Below, in pieces: positions 1-8,096 of a stretch of 32,000 nt of DNA. A program made the position numbers and the translations under genes. Source of the stretch: an uncultured archaeon (GTDB lineage Archaea > Micrarchaeota > Micrarchaeia > Micrarchaeales > CABMGC01). The stretch spans positions 300,001-332,000 of the forward strand of contig OY969902.1 in assembly GCA_963704435.1 (NCBI GenBank), written 5' to 3'. The notes beneath the pieces were generated by a model, which had not been told where the DNA came from, searched no databases, and saw only the letters and a program-made list of their open reading frames with translations. Position 1 is the first letter of the stretch. Each line of letters starts with the position of its first letter.

Positions 1-137
1 ACTATCTGAAGGAAAGGATAAAACGGTATCGAAACGCGAACCCGCGGCTTTGTTCATCAAACCCATTCGGAGCAGCATCGGATTTTTCCGAGCGAATCGG
101 TTAAATACATTGGTTTCCAAGCAATTGGCAGAGCTAC

Positions 138-1256
138 ATGGCAAAGGAATGGAGGGTTACGCCCTACGACGTCGAAGGCAATGTCGACTACGACATATTC
201 GCGAAGGACTTCGGCATAAGCCTGATAGACAAGAAGCTCGAGGACAGGATCAGGAAGATCGCGGGCGGGACGCACCACCTGCTTAGGAGGCGGATCTTCT
301 ACGCGCACAGGGACCTCGGCTGGCTGCTTGACGAGTACGAGAAGGGCAACAAGTTCTACCTGTACACAGGCATAGCGCCCAGCGGCTCCATGACCCTCGG
401 CCACCTCATACCCTTCATGTTCACGCAGTGGCTGCAGGAGAAGTTCGGTGCGGAGGTCTACATCCAGATACCTGACGAGGAGAAGTTCCTGGCTAAGAAG
501 GGGCTGAGCCTCGAAGAGGTGCACAAGCTGGCCTACGAGGACGCGCTGAACATAATGGCGCTGGGCTACGACCCGAAGAAGACCAGGATATTCTTCAACA
601 CGGACTATGCGAAGACGCTGTACAAGCACGCCGTGCGCACCGCGAAGCACATAACCTTCTCTATGATAAAGGATGCGTTCGGGTTCACCAACGAGACGAA
701 CGTGGGCTCGCTGTTCTACACGAGCATGCAGGCGGTGCCGGCATTCCTGAAATCAGTGGAGGAGGGCAAGAACGTCCCGTGCCTGATACCGCTCGCGATA
801 GACCAGGACGTGCACTTCAGGGTAGCGCGCGACGTGCTCCCGAAGCTCGGCTACTACAAGCCCGCGATAGTGCACGCGAAGTTCCTGCCGGGCCTGGACG
901 GCAGGCCGAAGATGTCGGCGAGCGACCCTAACAACACGATATACCTGGACGACGCTCCGGACGTCGTGAAGAAGAAGGTCTACCGCGCGATAACCGGCCA
1001 GCAGCCGACCGCCGAGCTGCAGCGCAAGCTCGGTGGGAACCCAGACAAGTGCGCGGTCTGCCAGTATTACCGCTTCCTGTTCGAGCCGGACGACAGGAAG
1101 CTCGAGAAGATATTCGAATCCGAGAGGAACGGCACCCTGCTCGCGGGCGAGCACAAGGCGGACCTCAACGACAGGATCAACAGGTTCCTAGTTGAGCACA
1201 GGAAGAAGAGGGAAAGGTTCAGGGAAAAATTGAAAACTTGCATCGTAAGCGATTGA
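138..1256 (+). CDS. trpS: tryptophan--tRNA ligase (archaeal/eukaryotic-type class I aaRS)
   Basis: 372-aa ORF. The N-terminal 'VTPYDVEGNVDYD..FG' block is typical of archaeal/eukaryotic TrpRS. It has a HIGH-like region 'GIAPSGSMTLGHLIPF' and a KMSKS-like loop 'KMSASDPNN'. Confidence 0.85.
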   Translation: MAKEWRVTPYDVEGNVDYDIFAKDFGISLIDKKLEDRIRKIAGGTHHLLRRRIFYAHRDLGWLLDEYEKGNKFYLYTGIAPSGSMTLGHLIPFMFTQWLQEKFGAEVYIQIPDEEKFLAKKGLSLEEVHKLAYEDALNIMALGYDPKKTRIFFNTDYAKTLYKHAVRTAKHITFSMIKDAFGFTNETNVGSLFYTSMQAVPAFLKSVEEGKNVPCLIPLAIDQDVHFRVARDVLPKLGYYKPAIVHAKFLPGLDGRPKMSASDPNNTIYLDDAPDVVKKKVYRAITGQQPTAELQRKLGGNPDKCAVCQYYRFLFEPDDRKLEKIFESERNGTLLAGEHKADLNDRINRFLVEHRKKRERFREKLKTCIVSD

Positions 1257-1269
1257 TTCGGGACTTCCT

Positions 1270-1878
1270 ATGTCTAATTCGACCACCATCAAGACATATG
1301 ACCTTGCGGCGGAATGGTACGCCGAAAACCACTGGAACATGGGGAAACGGTTTGAAAGATATTACGGCGAAGTGCTTAAAATCCTGAAAAAAGGCTCCTT
1401 GATACTTGATGCGGGGTGCGGCCCTGGAAGGGATGTTTTGTATTTTCTCAATAAAGGGTACAGAGTAATCGGAGTGGATGCGTCTGAGGGCATGATCAGG
1501 GAAGCGAAAAAAAGAGCGCCTGAGGGGACCTTCCTGAAGATGGATATTGAAAAGCTCAGATTTGAAAAGAATACCTTTGATTGCGTGTGGGCTTGCGCAA
1601 GCGTATTGCATGTGCGCAAATCGGGAATCGCGAAAGTGCTCAAGGGATTCAAGAAAGTGCTAAAAAGAGAGGGCATCTTGTTTATTACCGTGAAGAAGGG
1701 AATTGGGGAGAAGATTAAAATCTATCCCAATGGAACGAAAAGATTCTTTGCATATTACGCTAAAGGGGAATTGGAAGGGCTCCTGAGAAATGCTGGATTC
1801 AGAAAAATCAGGGGTTATCTGGATAAGGATGAGAATGGGGATGTTTGGATAAATTATTTGGGTCGGAAGGAAAAGTGA
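1270..1878 (+). CDS. class I SAM-dependent methyltransferase
   Basis: 202-aa ORF with SAM-binding motif I 'ILDAGCGPGRD' and a following acidic 'GVDASE' motif. The gene is visibly lower in GC than both neighbours. Confidence 0.8.
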   Translation: MSNSTTIKTYDLAAEWYAENHWNMGKRFERYYGEVLKILKKGSLILDAGCGPGRDVLYFLNKGYRVIGVDASEGMIREAKKRAPEGTFLKMDIEKLRFEKNTFDCVWACASVLHVRKSGIAKVLKGFKKVLKREGILFITVKKGIGEKIKIYPNGTKRFFAYYAKGELEGLLRNAGFRKIRGYLDKDENGDVWINYLGRKEK

Positions 1879-1891
1879 AGGAGATGTTTGT

Positions 1892-2866
1892 ATGCTCGTA
1901 ATCGGGATAGAAAGCACAGCCCACACGTTCGGGGTCGGCGTAGTCTCAGGAGGCCGCATGCTCGCTAACGAGAAGGCGATGTATGACGTAGGGAAGAGGG
2001 GCATGATTCCCGCGAAGGTTGCGGAATTCCATGCGAAGAACGCAGGCGATGTTCTAGAGCGCGCGGTCGAGAGCGCGGGAATAAGGCTCTCCGACGTGCA
2101 GGGCGTTGGTTATGCGATGGGTCCCGGGCTAGGCCCATGCCTCCAGGTCGGCCAGCTCGCCGCGAAGACGCTCGCTGCCAGGCTCGGCGTGGGCATAGCC
2201 CCCGTGAACCACGCGGTCGCGCACGTCGAGATAGCCAAGATTGCAGCTGGACTGAAGGATCCCCTCGCGCTCTACGTTAGCGGCGGAAACTCCCAGATAC
2301 TCAAGCTGACCGATACGCCGTACAGGCACTACCGCATTCTCGGCGAGACTTTCGACATAGGAATCGGCAACATGCTCGATTCATTCGCGAGGTCCGCTGG
2401 GCTGAAGCCGGCGTGGGGCTCGACGGTCGCGAAGTTCGCGGAGGGCGGGAGCTACGTGGAGATGCCGTACACGGTAAAGGGGATGGACTTCGCGTTCACG
2501 GGGCTGCTCACCAGGGCGGCGGAGCTCGCGCAGAGCGAAAGGATAGGGGATGTTTGCTACTCCCTGCAGGAGACCGCGTTCGCCATGCTCTGCGAGGCCA
2601 CCGAGAGGGCGCTGCTCCTCACCGGCAGCAGGGAGCTCTGCATCTGCGGCGGAGTCGCGCAGAGCAAACGCCTTAGGGAGATGCTCATGCGGGTGTGCGA
2701 AGAGCACGGGACGAGATTCGGATGTGCGAGCAATGAACTCAACGCTGACAACGGCGCCATGATAGCGGTTGTGGCCGAGAGGGCGTTGAGCAGGGGCCGC
2801 GGCGCGAAGCTTGGAGAGTGCGGCATACGGCAGAGGTACAGGATCGACGGCGCGGTGGTGCTATGA
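1892..2866 (+). CDS. kae1: tRNA N6-adenosine threonylcarbamoyltransferase Kae1 (KEOPS subunit)
   Basis: 324-aa ORF with an ASKHA-fold N-terminus 'VIGIESTAHTFGVGVV' and the metal-binding motif 'NHAVAHVE'. It sits next to bud32. Confidence 0.9.
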   Translation: MLVIGIESTAHTFGVGVVSGGRMLANEKAMYDVGKRGMIPAKVAEFHAKNAGDVLERAVESAGIRLSDVQGVGYAMGPGLGPCLQVGQLAAKTLAARLGVGIAPVNHAVAHVEIAKIAAGLKDPLALYVSGGNSQILKLTDTPYRHYRILGETFDIGIGNMLDSFARSAGLKPAWGSTVAKFAEGGSYVEMPYTVKGMDFAFTGLLTRAAELAQSERIGDVCYSLQETAFAMLCEATERALLLTGSRELCICGGVAQSKRLREMLMRVCEEHGTRFGCASNELNADNGAMIAVVAERALSRGRGAKLGECGIRQRYRIDGAVVL

Positions 2867-3456
2867 GAAAGCTCAGCGAGGGCGCGGAGGCGAAGATATT
2901 CGAGACCGTGGTCTTCGGAAAGAGCGCGGTGGTGAAGGTCAGGCAGGAGAAGAAGTACCGGATCGCGGAGCTTGATGTCGCGCTAAGGAAAGCCAGGACC
3001 AGGAGCGAGGCCAGGCTCATGCACAAGGCGTTCGTGTGCGGAGTGCGGACCCCGAGGATAATCGCGCTTGGGAAGTTCTCTATATTCATGGAGAGGCTGC
3101 ATGGGAGACTGCTGAAGGACTGCAGTCCAAGCGCGACTGATTACAGGGAGATAGGCGGCCTGCTGGCGAGGATGCATAATGCAGGAATAATCCACGGCGA
3201 CTTCACTCCCGCGAACATAATGCTCTGCGGAGGAAGGCCCTACGTGATAGACTTCGGGCTTGCCGGGGATAGTGGCAGCGAGGAAGAGAAGGCGATAGAC
3301 CTGCTGCTGATGAAGAGGTCGGTGCCGGAGAAGGAATACCTGGCCTTCGAGAAGTCGTATGCAAAGGAAGGGACCGGATCGAGGGGAACGCTCGGAAGGC
3401 TTGCCGAAGTCGAGAAAAGGGGGCGGTACCAGGTGCGGACGCTGACCCAGCTTTAG
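2863..3456 (+). CDS. bud32: KEOPS complex Bud32 kinase/ATPase
   Basis: The start was moved to the ATG at 2863, which forms an ATGA overlap with the kae1 stop. It has a small RIO-like kinase core with 'HGDFTPANIM' and 'VIDFGLA'. The kae1-bud32 pairing is canonical. Confidence 0.85.
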   Translation: MRKLSEGAEAKIFETVVFGKSAVVKVRQEKKYRIAELDVALRKARTRSEARLMHKAFVCGVRTPRIIALGKFSIFMERLHGRLLKDCSPSATDYREIGGLLARMHNAGIIHGDFTPANIMLCGGRPYVIDFGLAGDSGSEEEKAIDLLLMKRSVPEKEYLAFEKSYAKEGTGSRGTLGRLAEVEKRGRYQVRTLTQL

Positions 3457-3565
3457 GTCCGCTTCGACCTGGCATCTCGGGTGCGAGTCCATCAGGCCGA
3501 GACCGGCGATGCGCCGGCCTCTGCCAGCAAGATCGAGCCCTACAATCCGCGCAGATGCGGGTCCG

Positions 3566-3640
3566 CTACAGTTCGCCGACCCTTCTCTTCTGCGATCTCT
3601 TCATCCTCTTCCTTCGCTTCTTTACCCATTTCCAGCGCAT
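3566..3640 (-). CDS. rpl41e: 50S ribosomal protein L41e (24 aa, below the ORF-track cutoff)
   Basis: Manual translation of the minus strand gives [24 protein letters not shown]. The 'MRWKW.KKR..R.KR' pattern matches archaeal L41e. It lies in an otherwise unexplained 315-nt gap. Confidence 0.65.
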   Translation of the reverse strand: MRWKWVKKRRKRMKRSQKRRVGEL

Positions 3641-3771
3641 CTTTCCCTTCTTCTTCCACTTTCTAGGTATGCTTCCCAAGTAGGCACCAATTAAGTTTAA
3701 TATGCTGATTTGCTATGCTAATCTTAATTAATTGCACCTTTATATTAATGTTCTAGTCGAGGAGTGTTTGG

Positions 3772-4563
3772 ATGCAAAAGGCAATTGTCGCCTATCTTGT
3801 GATACTTGTGCTGATGGTGATAGCGTCATTGTTCCTTGCGGGAGTCGGGTTCTTCAAGCCGGCCACCAAGCCGATAACCGTCATCACGACGCTGCAGAGC
3901 AGCAGCACGACGACGGCGCCTCAGGTCGTGAAGGGCGCTACTACGACCGTAAGCGCGTCGACGACGATAAGCCTTCCTACCACCTCGATATACCTGAGCA
4001 GCTGTCAGTCCAAGAACGCGACGGCGAAGATCCCTAACGGAAACTTCTCCACGGGCACATATGCAGGATGGAACGTGAGCGGAGCGGGCTTCGGGAGCGT
4101 GCCGTTCAACATAATATACGCAAACAACAATACGATAAACGGCTACTACGGATCTCCGTGGAGCGACTATTCGGGCACGTTCTTCGCCACCACCTTCCAC
4201 GGCGGGCTGTCGCTGCAGCCGGGCAACCTGACCTCGAACACCTTCGAGGTGACGGAGCCGTACCTGAACTTCAGGGTGCTGTCCCCCCAGAGCGACCTCC
4301 TGTATGTCGAGATACTGAACCACGGCAAGCCAGCGATAGTCGTGCACTACAACACGTACGTTATCGCGAACGCAACGAACGCTTTCGCGAACGCTAGCAT
4401 ACCGCTAACGACCCTCCTATGCCAGAACGTGAGCGTGCGACTCTACGCCGACGCTGTCGGCCCGGTGCAGAACCTGGACTACATAGCCGCGGGAGACTTC
4501 TATCTGGGAACGTCCGCGGTTTCGACGCCAGGCATAGCCTCGATAAACTTCACTACCCACTAG
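3772..4563 (+). CDS. membrane-anchored extracellular protein with Thr/Ser-rich stalk and a possible lectin/jelly-roll-like domain
   Basis: 263 aa with an N-terminal TM 'IVAYLVILVLMVIASLFLAGVGFF' and a T/S-rich linker. The 'NGNFSTGTYAGWNVSGAGFG' opening resembles ConA/LamG-like domains. It has many N-x-S/T sequons. An SD-like GAGGAG lies upstream. Confidence 0.6.
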   Translation: MQKAIVAYLVILVLMVIASLFLAGVGFFKPATKPITVITTLQSSSTTTAPQVVKGATTTVSASTTISLPTTSIYLSSCQSKNATAKIPNGNFSTGTYAGWNVSGAGFGSVPFNIIYANNNTINGYYGSPWSDYSGTFFATTFHGGLSLQPGNLTSNTFEVTEPYLNFRVLSPQSDLLYVEILNHGKPAIVVHYNTYVIANATNAFANASIPLTTLLCQNVSVRLYADAVGPVQNLDYIAAGDFYLGTSAVSTPGIASINFTTH

Positions 4564-4579
4564 CCGGAAGCGGAAGGGA

Positions 4580-5068
4580 TCACTGCGGGCCCGGCTCGGA
4601 TTTCGCTTCGGCCGCGACCGCAGGGATCGCAGCTCCAGGCGCGCCTTCGTTCCGAGGCCCCTGTCCCGGCCTGCCGCCCCTCTTTCGCTGCCTTGCGACC
4701 TTCGCGTTCGCGAAGAAGATATCCGCGTCCTCTGGGCTGGTCGTTTCGATCCACGCTTTTATGTAGGTGGCTATGTTCTTGAAGGGCTTCGAGTACCTGT
4801 CAGTGAAGCTGTACGCGCCGCCCTCGTGCTTGAGTATTCCGACGCCGACCCCGAAGTCCAGGTACCTCTTCCACGTGGCCGTGGGCAGCGAGTCTCCGCA
4901 GTCCTTGAGCCTCAGCGAGCCCCTCTTCTTGACCTCGAGCAGTGCCTTCGCGAACCTGTAGGCCCTCGTCTCGTTCTCGAAGTATATCTTCGCGAGCTCC
5001 CTCACGTTCGGGCTCTTTAGCTTCTCCTTGAGGGGGGCGTCCTCGAACTCCCAGTACTTTATCGCCAT
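4580..5068 (-). CDS. hypothetical protein (possible winged-helix) with Gly/Pro/Ala-rich basic tail
   Basis: 162-aa ORF that starts 25 nt downstream of the srp54 stop on the same strand. Codon usage looks coding-like. I recognise no diagnostic motif. Confidence 0.5.
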   Translation of the reverse strand: MAIKYWEFEDAPLKEKLKSPNVRELAKIYFENETRAYRFAKALLEVKKRGSLRLKDCGDSLPTATWKRYLDFGVGVGILKHEGGAYSFTDRYSKPFKNIATYIKAWIETTSPEDADIFFANAKVARQRKRGGRPGQGPRNEGAPGAAIPAVAAEAKSEPGPQ

Positions 5069-5093
5069 GCGCTGTTATGCGCGCTTCAGGATT

Positions 5094-6416
5094 TTAAGCT
5101 TTGCCCAGCGCGCCCGCGCCGAGCTTGGAGAACTGCTTCATCAGGTTCCGGTCGTTCTTGAACTTGCTGAGGAGCTTCTTCATCTTGTTGAAATCGCTTA
5201 TGAGGCCCCTGACCTCCTTCTCGGTCGATCCGCTTCCGGCGGCTATCCGCTTGATCCGGCTGGTGCTGTTGAGCAGGGCTCCGTTCTCCCTCTCCTCCTT
5301 CGTCATCGAGTCTATTATCGCCTTGTACCTCTTGATCTTCTCCTCGCCCTGCTCCGACATGTCCTTCGGCACGTCGACCATGCCTAGCATGCCCATCACG
5401 TTCTTCATCGGGCCCATCTTGTTGAGCGCCTTGAGCTGGGTGTAGAAAGTCGCGAAGTTCAGCTCCTGGGGCTCGACCTCCTCGGGCTTCAGGTTCGCCT
5501 CCTTTATCGCCTGCTGCACGTTCGTTATGAGCGACGCTATGTCGGGTATGCCCAGCAGCCTCCCGACGAACCTCTTCGGGTCGTAGAGCTCGAGCGCGCC
5601 GAGCTTCTCGCCCGTGCCTATGAACTCTATGTTCACGTGCGCCGCGCTCACTGCGCTGAGCGCGCCCCCGCCCTTGCCCGAGCCGTCGAGCTTGGTGACC
5701 ACGACGCCGGTGAGCTTCACTGCCTCGTCGAACTCCCTGGCCTGCCTGCCTGCGACCTGGCCCGTGTCCGCGTTTATGACCAGCAGCTTCTCGTCCGGCC
5801 TGAACTCTCCGGTTATCGCCTTGAGCTCGGATATCAGCTCGGGGTCGAGGGCGTTCCTGCCGCTCGTGTCGCAGATGAGCACCTTCTTGTCCTTGAGGGC
5901 CTTCGCTGCCTCGCGCACGATCTTTCTTACGTCACGCTCGTCCTTGATGCCGAAGAAGCCCACGCCCGCCTGGCGCGCGAGGGTCTCGAGCTGCTCGTAG
6001 GCCGCGGGACGAGAGACGTCGCAGGCGATCAGCGCGCTCCCCAGGCCGCGGTCCTGGTAGAACTTCGCGAGCTTCGCTGCGGTGGTCGTCTTGCCCGAGC
6101 CATAGAGGCCGAGCAGCATTATCCTCTTCGGCCTTATCTCCGGCTCGTGGCTCTCGCCCATCAGCTTCACGAGCTCGTCGTACACGATGTTCGTTATGTA
6201 GTCCCGTGGGCTGATTCCTGTAGGCAGCTCCTCCTTAAGCGCGAGGTCCTCTATCTTCTTGGTGATGGACAGGGCGAGGGCGACATCGACGTCCGCGGAT
6301 ATGAGCGCCCTCTGCAGCCCCTTGTTGAACTCCCTTATCGTCTTGGCGTCGATAAGCGTAGCGTTGGTCAGCTTGGCGATCGCCTGCCTAAGTCCTTCTC
6401 CCAGATCCATGAGCAA
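5094..6416 (-). CDS. srp54: signal recognition particle protein SRP54
   Basis: 440 aa with N domain, G domain ('GLYGSGKTTTAAKLA', 'DTSGR', 'TKLDG') and a Met-rich M domain ('MGPMKNVMGMLGM'). Confidence 0.95.
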   Translation of the reverse strand: MLMDLGEGLRQAIAKLTNATLIDAKTIREFNKGLQRALISADVDVALALSITKKIEDLALKEELPTGISPRDYITNIVYDELVKLMGESHEPEIRPKRIMLLGLYGSGKTTTAAKLAKFYQDRGLGSALIACDVSRPAAYEQLETLARQAGVGFFGIKDERDVRKIVREAAKALKDKKVLICDTSGRNALDPELISELKAITGEFRPDEKLLVINADTGQVAGRQAREFDEAVKLTGVVVTKLDGSGKGGGALSAVSAAHVNIEFIGTGEKLGALELYDPKRFVGRLLGIPDIASLITNVQQAIKEANLKPEEVEPQELNFATFYTQLKALNKMGPMKNVMGMLGMVDVPKDMSEQGEEKIKRYKAIIDSMTKEERENGALLNSTSRIKRIAAGSGSTEKEVRGLISDFNKMKKLLSKFKNDRNLMKQFSKLGAGALGKA

Positions 6417-6430
6417 ACCCGCAAAGAGTA

Positions 6431-6462
6431 AGAATAAATAAAGGTCTTAAGGAATATATATG
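6431..6462. promoter_or_regulatory. AT-rich divergent promoter region (TATA-like boxes) between srp54 and tRNA-Ile
   Basis: The motifs 'aataaataaa' (6433-6442) and 'aatatatat' (6453-6461) lie between divergently oriented genes. Spacing is compatible with archaeal TATA-to-TSS distances for either direction. Confidence 0.4.
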
Positions 6463-6467
6463 CGCAT

Positions 6468-6545
6468 GGGCTCGTAGCTCAGCCTGGTCAGAGCGGCGGT
6501 CTTATAAGCCGTAGGTCGTGAGTTCAAATCTCACCGGGCCCACCA
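6468..6545 (+). tRNA. tRNA-Ile, anticodon UAU, genomically encoded 3' CCA
   Basis: Hand-folded cloverleaf. Acceptor GGGCTCG/CGGGCCC; D arm GCTC/GAGC; anticodon stem GCGGT/GCCGT with loop CTTATAA (anticodon TAT); T arm GTGAG-TTCAAAT-CTCAC; discriminator A followed by CCA. Confidence 0.85.
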
Positions 6546-6554
6546 TCAGCGCGC

Positions 6555-7115
6555 TCAAGCATGCAACTTTGGCGTGCCTCCTTTAATCCCAATGTCGCAG
6601 ACCGGAGCCCGCACGGCGGTTTTGCTTCTCTCTTCCTTCGGAGTATATACCTCAAAGCGAGCCCCGAAATCCTCGTCGCAGGACCTGAACCGCAAGTTAC
6701 GGAACCTCAACTTCGATTGCAGCAAGAATTTCAGTTCTTCCTGTTGCTGCTCCGCAGCAGAGCGGGAGACTCTGATGGATTTTCTCTTCAGATTGACTAG
6801 TTGACTGCGCAAATTGTCTAGGAGCTCGAAGCGCATATCCAGTATTCCAATTGTCTGCAATTTACCCAAATACTCAATGAATTGGTTAAATTCCATATTC
6901 TCAATTGCTTCTCCAGCCAAGTATTTCTTATTCTGGAACAGATGTATCTTCTCAACATCGCCATTTATCTTCAAAGACAGGTCCGCATCGGTAATCCTCG
7001 CTGGCGTCCAGGTCTGGTTAAAGGAAGTCTTCAGCTCGACTACAGCCACATTCTCTAATCTAAATGTTGCGTGATCAGATTCATCGGACCCATACCTGTA
7101 AGAAAGCCGCACCAC
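6555..7115 (-). CDS. hypothetical protein (ORFan, low GC)
   Basis: 186-aa ORF beginning 10 nt from the tRNA-Ile 3' end. It is noticeably AT-richer than its surroundings. No motif recognised. Confidence 0.45.
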   Translation of the reverse strand: MVRLSYRYGSDESDHATFRLENVAVVELKTSFNQTWTPARITDADLSLKINGDVEKIHLFQNKKYLAGEAIENMEFNQFIEYLGKLQTIGILDMRFELLDNLRSQLVNLKRKSIRVSRSAAEQQQEELKFLLQSKLRFRNLRFRSCDEDFGARFEVYTPKEERSKTAVRAPVCDIGIKGGTPKLHA

Positions 7116-7142
7116 TTCACCGATTAATATGTGCTTCTAGAC

Positions 7143-7151
7143 CTATAAATA
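7143..7151 (+). promoter_or_regulatory. TATA box for the Rpp21 gene (short or absent leader)
   Basis: The motif 'ctataaata' lies about 25-30 nt upstream of the ATG at 7174. Confidence 0.45.
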
Positions 7152-7173
7152 GATTCACGTAGATTCTGATACC

Positions 7174-7497
7174 ATGAAAAACGAGGCCCTTGTGAAGCGG
7201 ATCGCCAAGTGCAGAATCGGCATCCTCTTCGGGCTTGCCGAGGAGAAGACGCTGAAGGATACCGAGGCTTCCAGGAGGCTCGCCAGGAGATACATAAGCA
7301 TCGCGAGGAAGATAAGCGCGCATTACAAGGTAAAGATTCCGAGGGAGCTGAAATACAGAATATGCAAGAAGTGCGGCAGCTTCCTGGTGCCGGGAATCAA
7401 CTGCAGGGTGAGGGTCGCAAGCGCGCACGGCTATGTCGCATATGTCTGCGAATGCGGCGGGGAGACGCACATCCACTACAAGCCGAAGGCGCAGTAG
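7174..7497 (+). CDS. rnp4: ribonuclease P protein component 4 (Rpp21/Rpr2 family)
   Basis: 107 aa with a basic helical N-terminus ('ARRYISIARKIS') and a zinc ribbon 'CKKCGSFLVPGINCRVRV...CECGGETH'. Confidence 0.85.
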   Translation: MKNEALVKRIAKCRIGILFGLAEEKTLKDTEASRRLARRYISIARKISAHYKVKIPRELKYRICKKCGSFLVPGINCRVRVASAHGYVAYVCECGGETHIHYKPKAQ

Positions 7498-7498
7498 C

Positions 7499-8023
7499 TC
7501 AGAGCGTGCCGAGCTCCTTGGCCATCCGCGCAACGAGCTCCCCTACCTTGTCCGAATTCGATAGCGTGAGGATGTTCTTGTCGAACACGAGGTAGTCATC
7601 GGTGACCTTGCCGTGGTAAAGCCTGACCAGGTTGGCGACATCCTCTTCGACGCGCGCAACGTTGGCGTCCCTTATGACGTTCGCCCTCGCTATGGCCTTT
7701 ATCCCGTTACCGATGCCCGCTATCAGCCGATTGCGCTCGCTGAACGCCCTCAGGAGATTGAGCAGCGGCCGGTAATCGTAGAGCCTAAGGGCGTCCAGCC
7801 CAGGCCCGTCCACCATGATTAAAGCGGAAACGTTCGCGGGATCCACGTCCGCGAGGGTCTTTTCGGGTTTTACCGTGGCGCCGTGGCATCCTTTGCACTC
7901 CTTAGAGCTGAATCCGGAGACCTCCTCGATCATGCCGTTCTTGGCCAGAAGAAGGCCAAGCGCAGATACGGTCTCGTCCTTGAAATTCGGTGGCACTATC
8001 ACAGCAACCCTAACGTCTCCCAC
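7499..8023 (-). CDS. DJ-1/PfpI-family protein, nucleophile elbow not conserved
   Basis: 174 aa with a GTG start. The layout resembles PfpI/DJ-1, but the position of the 'A-x-I-C-H-G' elbow reads 'AGIGNG', so there is no Cys or His. Confidence 0.6.
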   Translation of the reverse strand: MGDVRVAVIVPPNFKDETVSALGLLLAKNGMIEEVSGFSSKECKGCHGATVKPEKTLADVDPANVSALIMVDGPGLDALRLYDYRPLLNLLRAFSERNRLIAGIGNGIKAIARANVIRDANVARVEEDVANLVRLYHGKVTDDYLVFDKNILTLSNSDKVGELVARMAKELGTL

Positions 8024-8096
8024 GCAATCGCCTGATTTATATTCAATGGAAAAAGTTAAAGGCTATTGCCTTTGCCAGCACGCTGGTCCGCAACCG

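Noticed and set aside
57-650. 197-aa minus-strand ORF opposite trpS. Similar long antisense ORFs occur at 753-1154, 5637-6431, 13008-13580, 15443-16054, 21035-21541 and 25744-26622.
   Set aside because: These lie entirely inside well-supported genes on the other strand. Their products are Arg/Leu/Val/Gly/His-rich low-complexity strings. That is typical of stop-poor off-frames in moderately high-GC coding DNA.
3503-3517. Short GC hairpin (ccggcg-atg-cgccgg) between convergent bud32 and rpl41e, considered as a terminator.
   Set aside because: It has a 6-bp stem with a 3-nt loop and no following T-tract. Archaeal termination does not require hairpins, so the evidence is too weak to annotate.
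3481-3694. Two overlapping 61-aa plus-strand ORFs in the bud32 downstream spacer.
   Set aside because: Their translations are Ser/Pro/Leu low-complexity with no start context. The opposite strand encodes a convincing L41e.
6546-7173. Calling the region next to tRNA-Ile a defined integrated element.
   Set aside because: There is only one ORFan, no integrase, and no duplicated tRNA 3' segment. It is kept only as a low-interest compositional observation.
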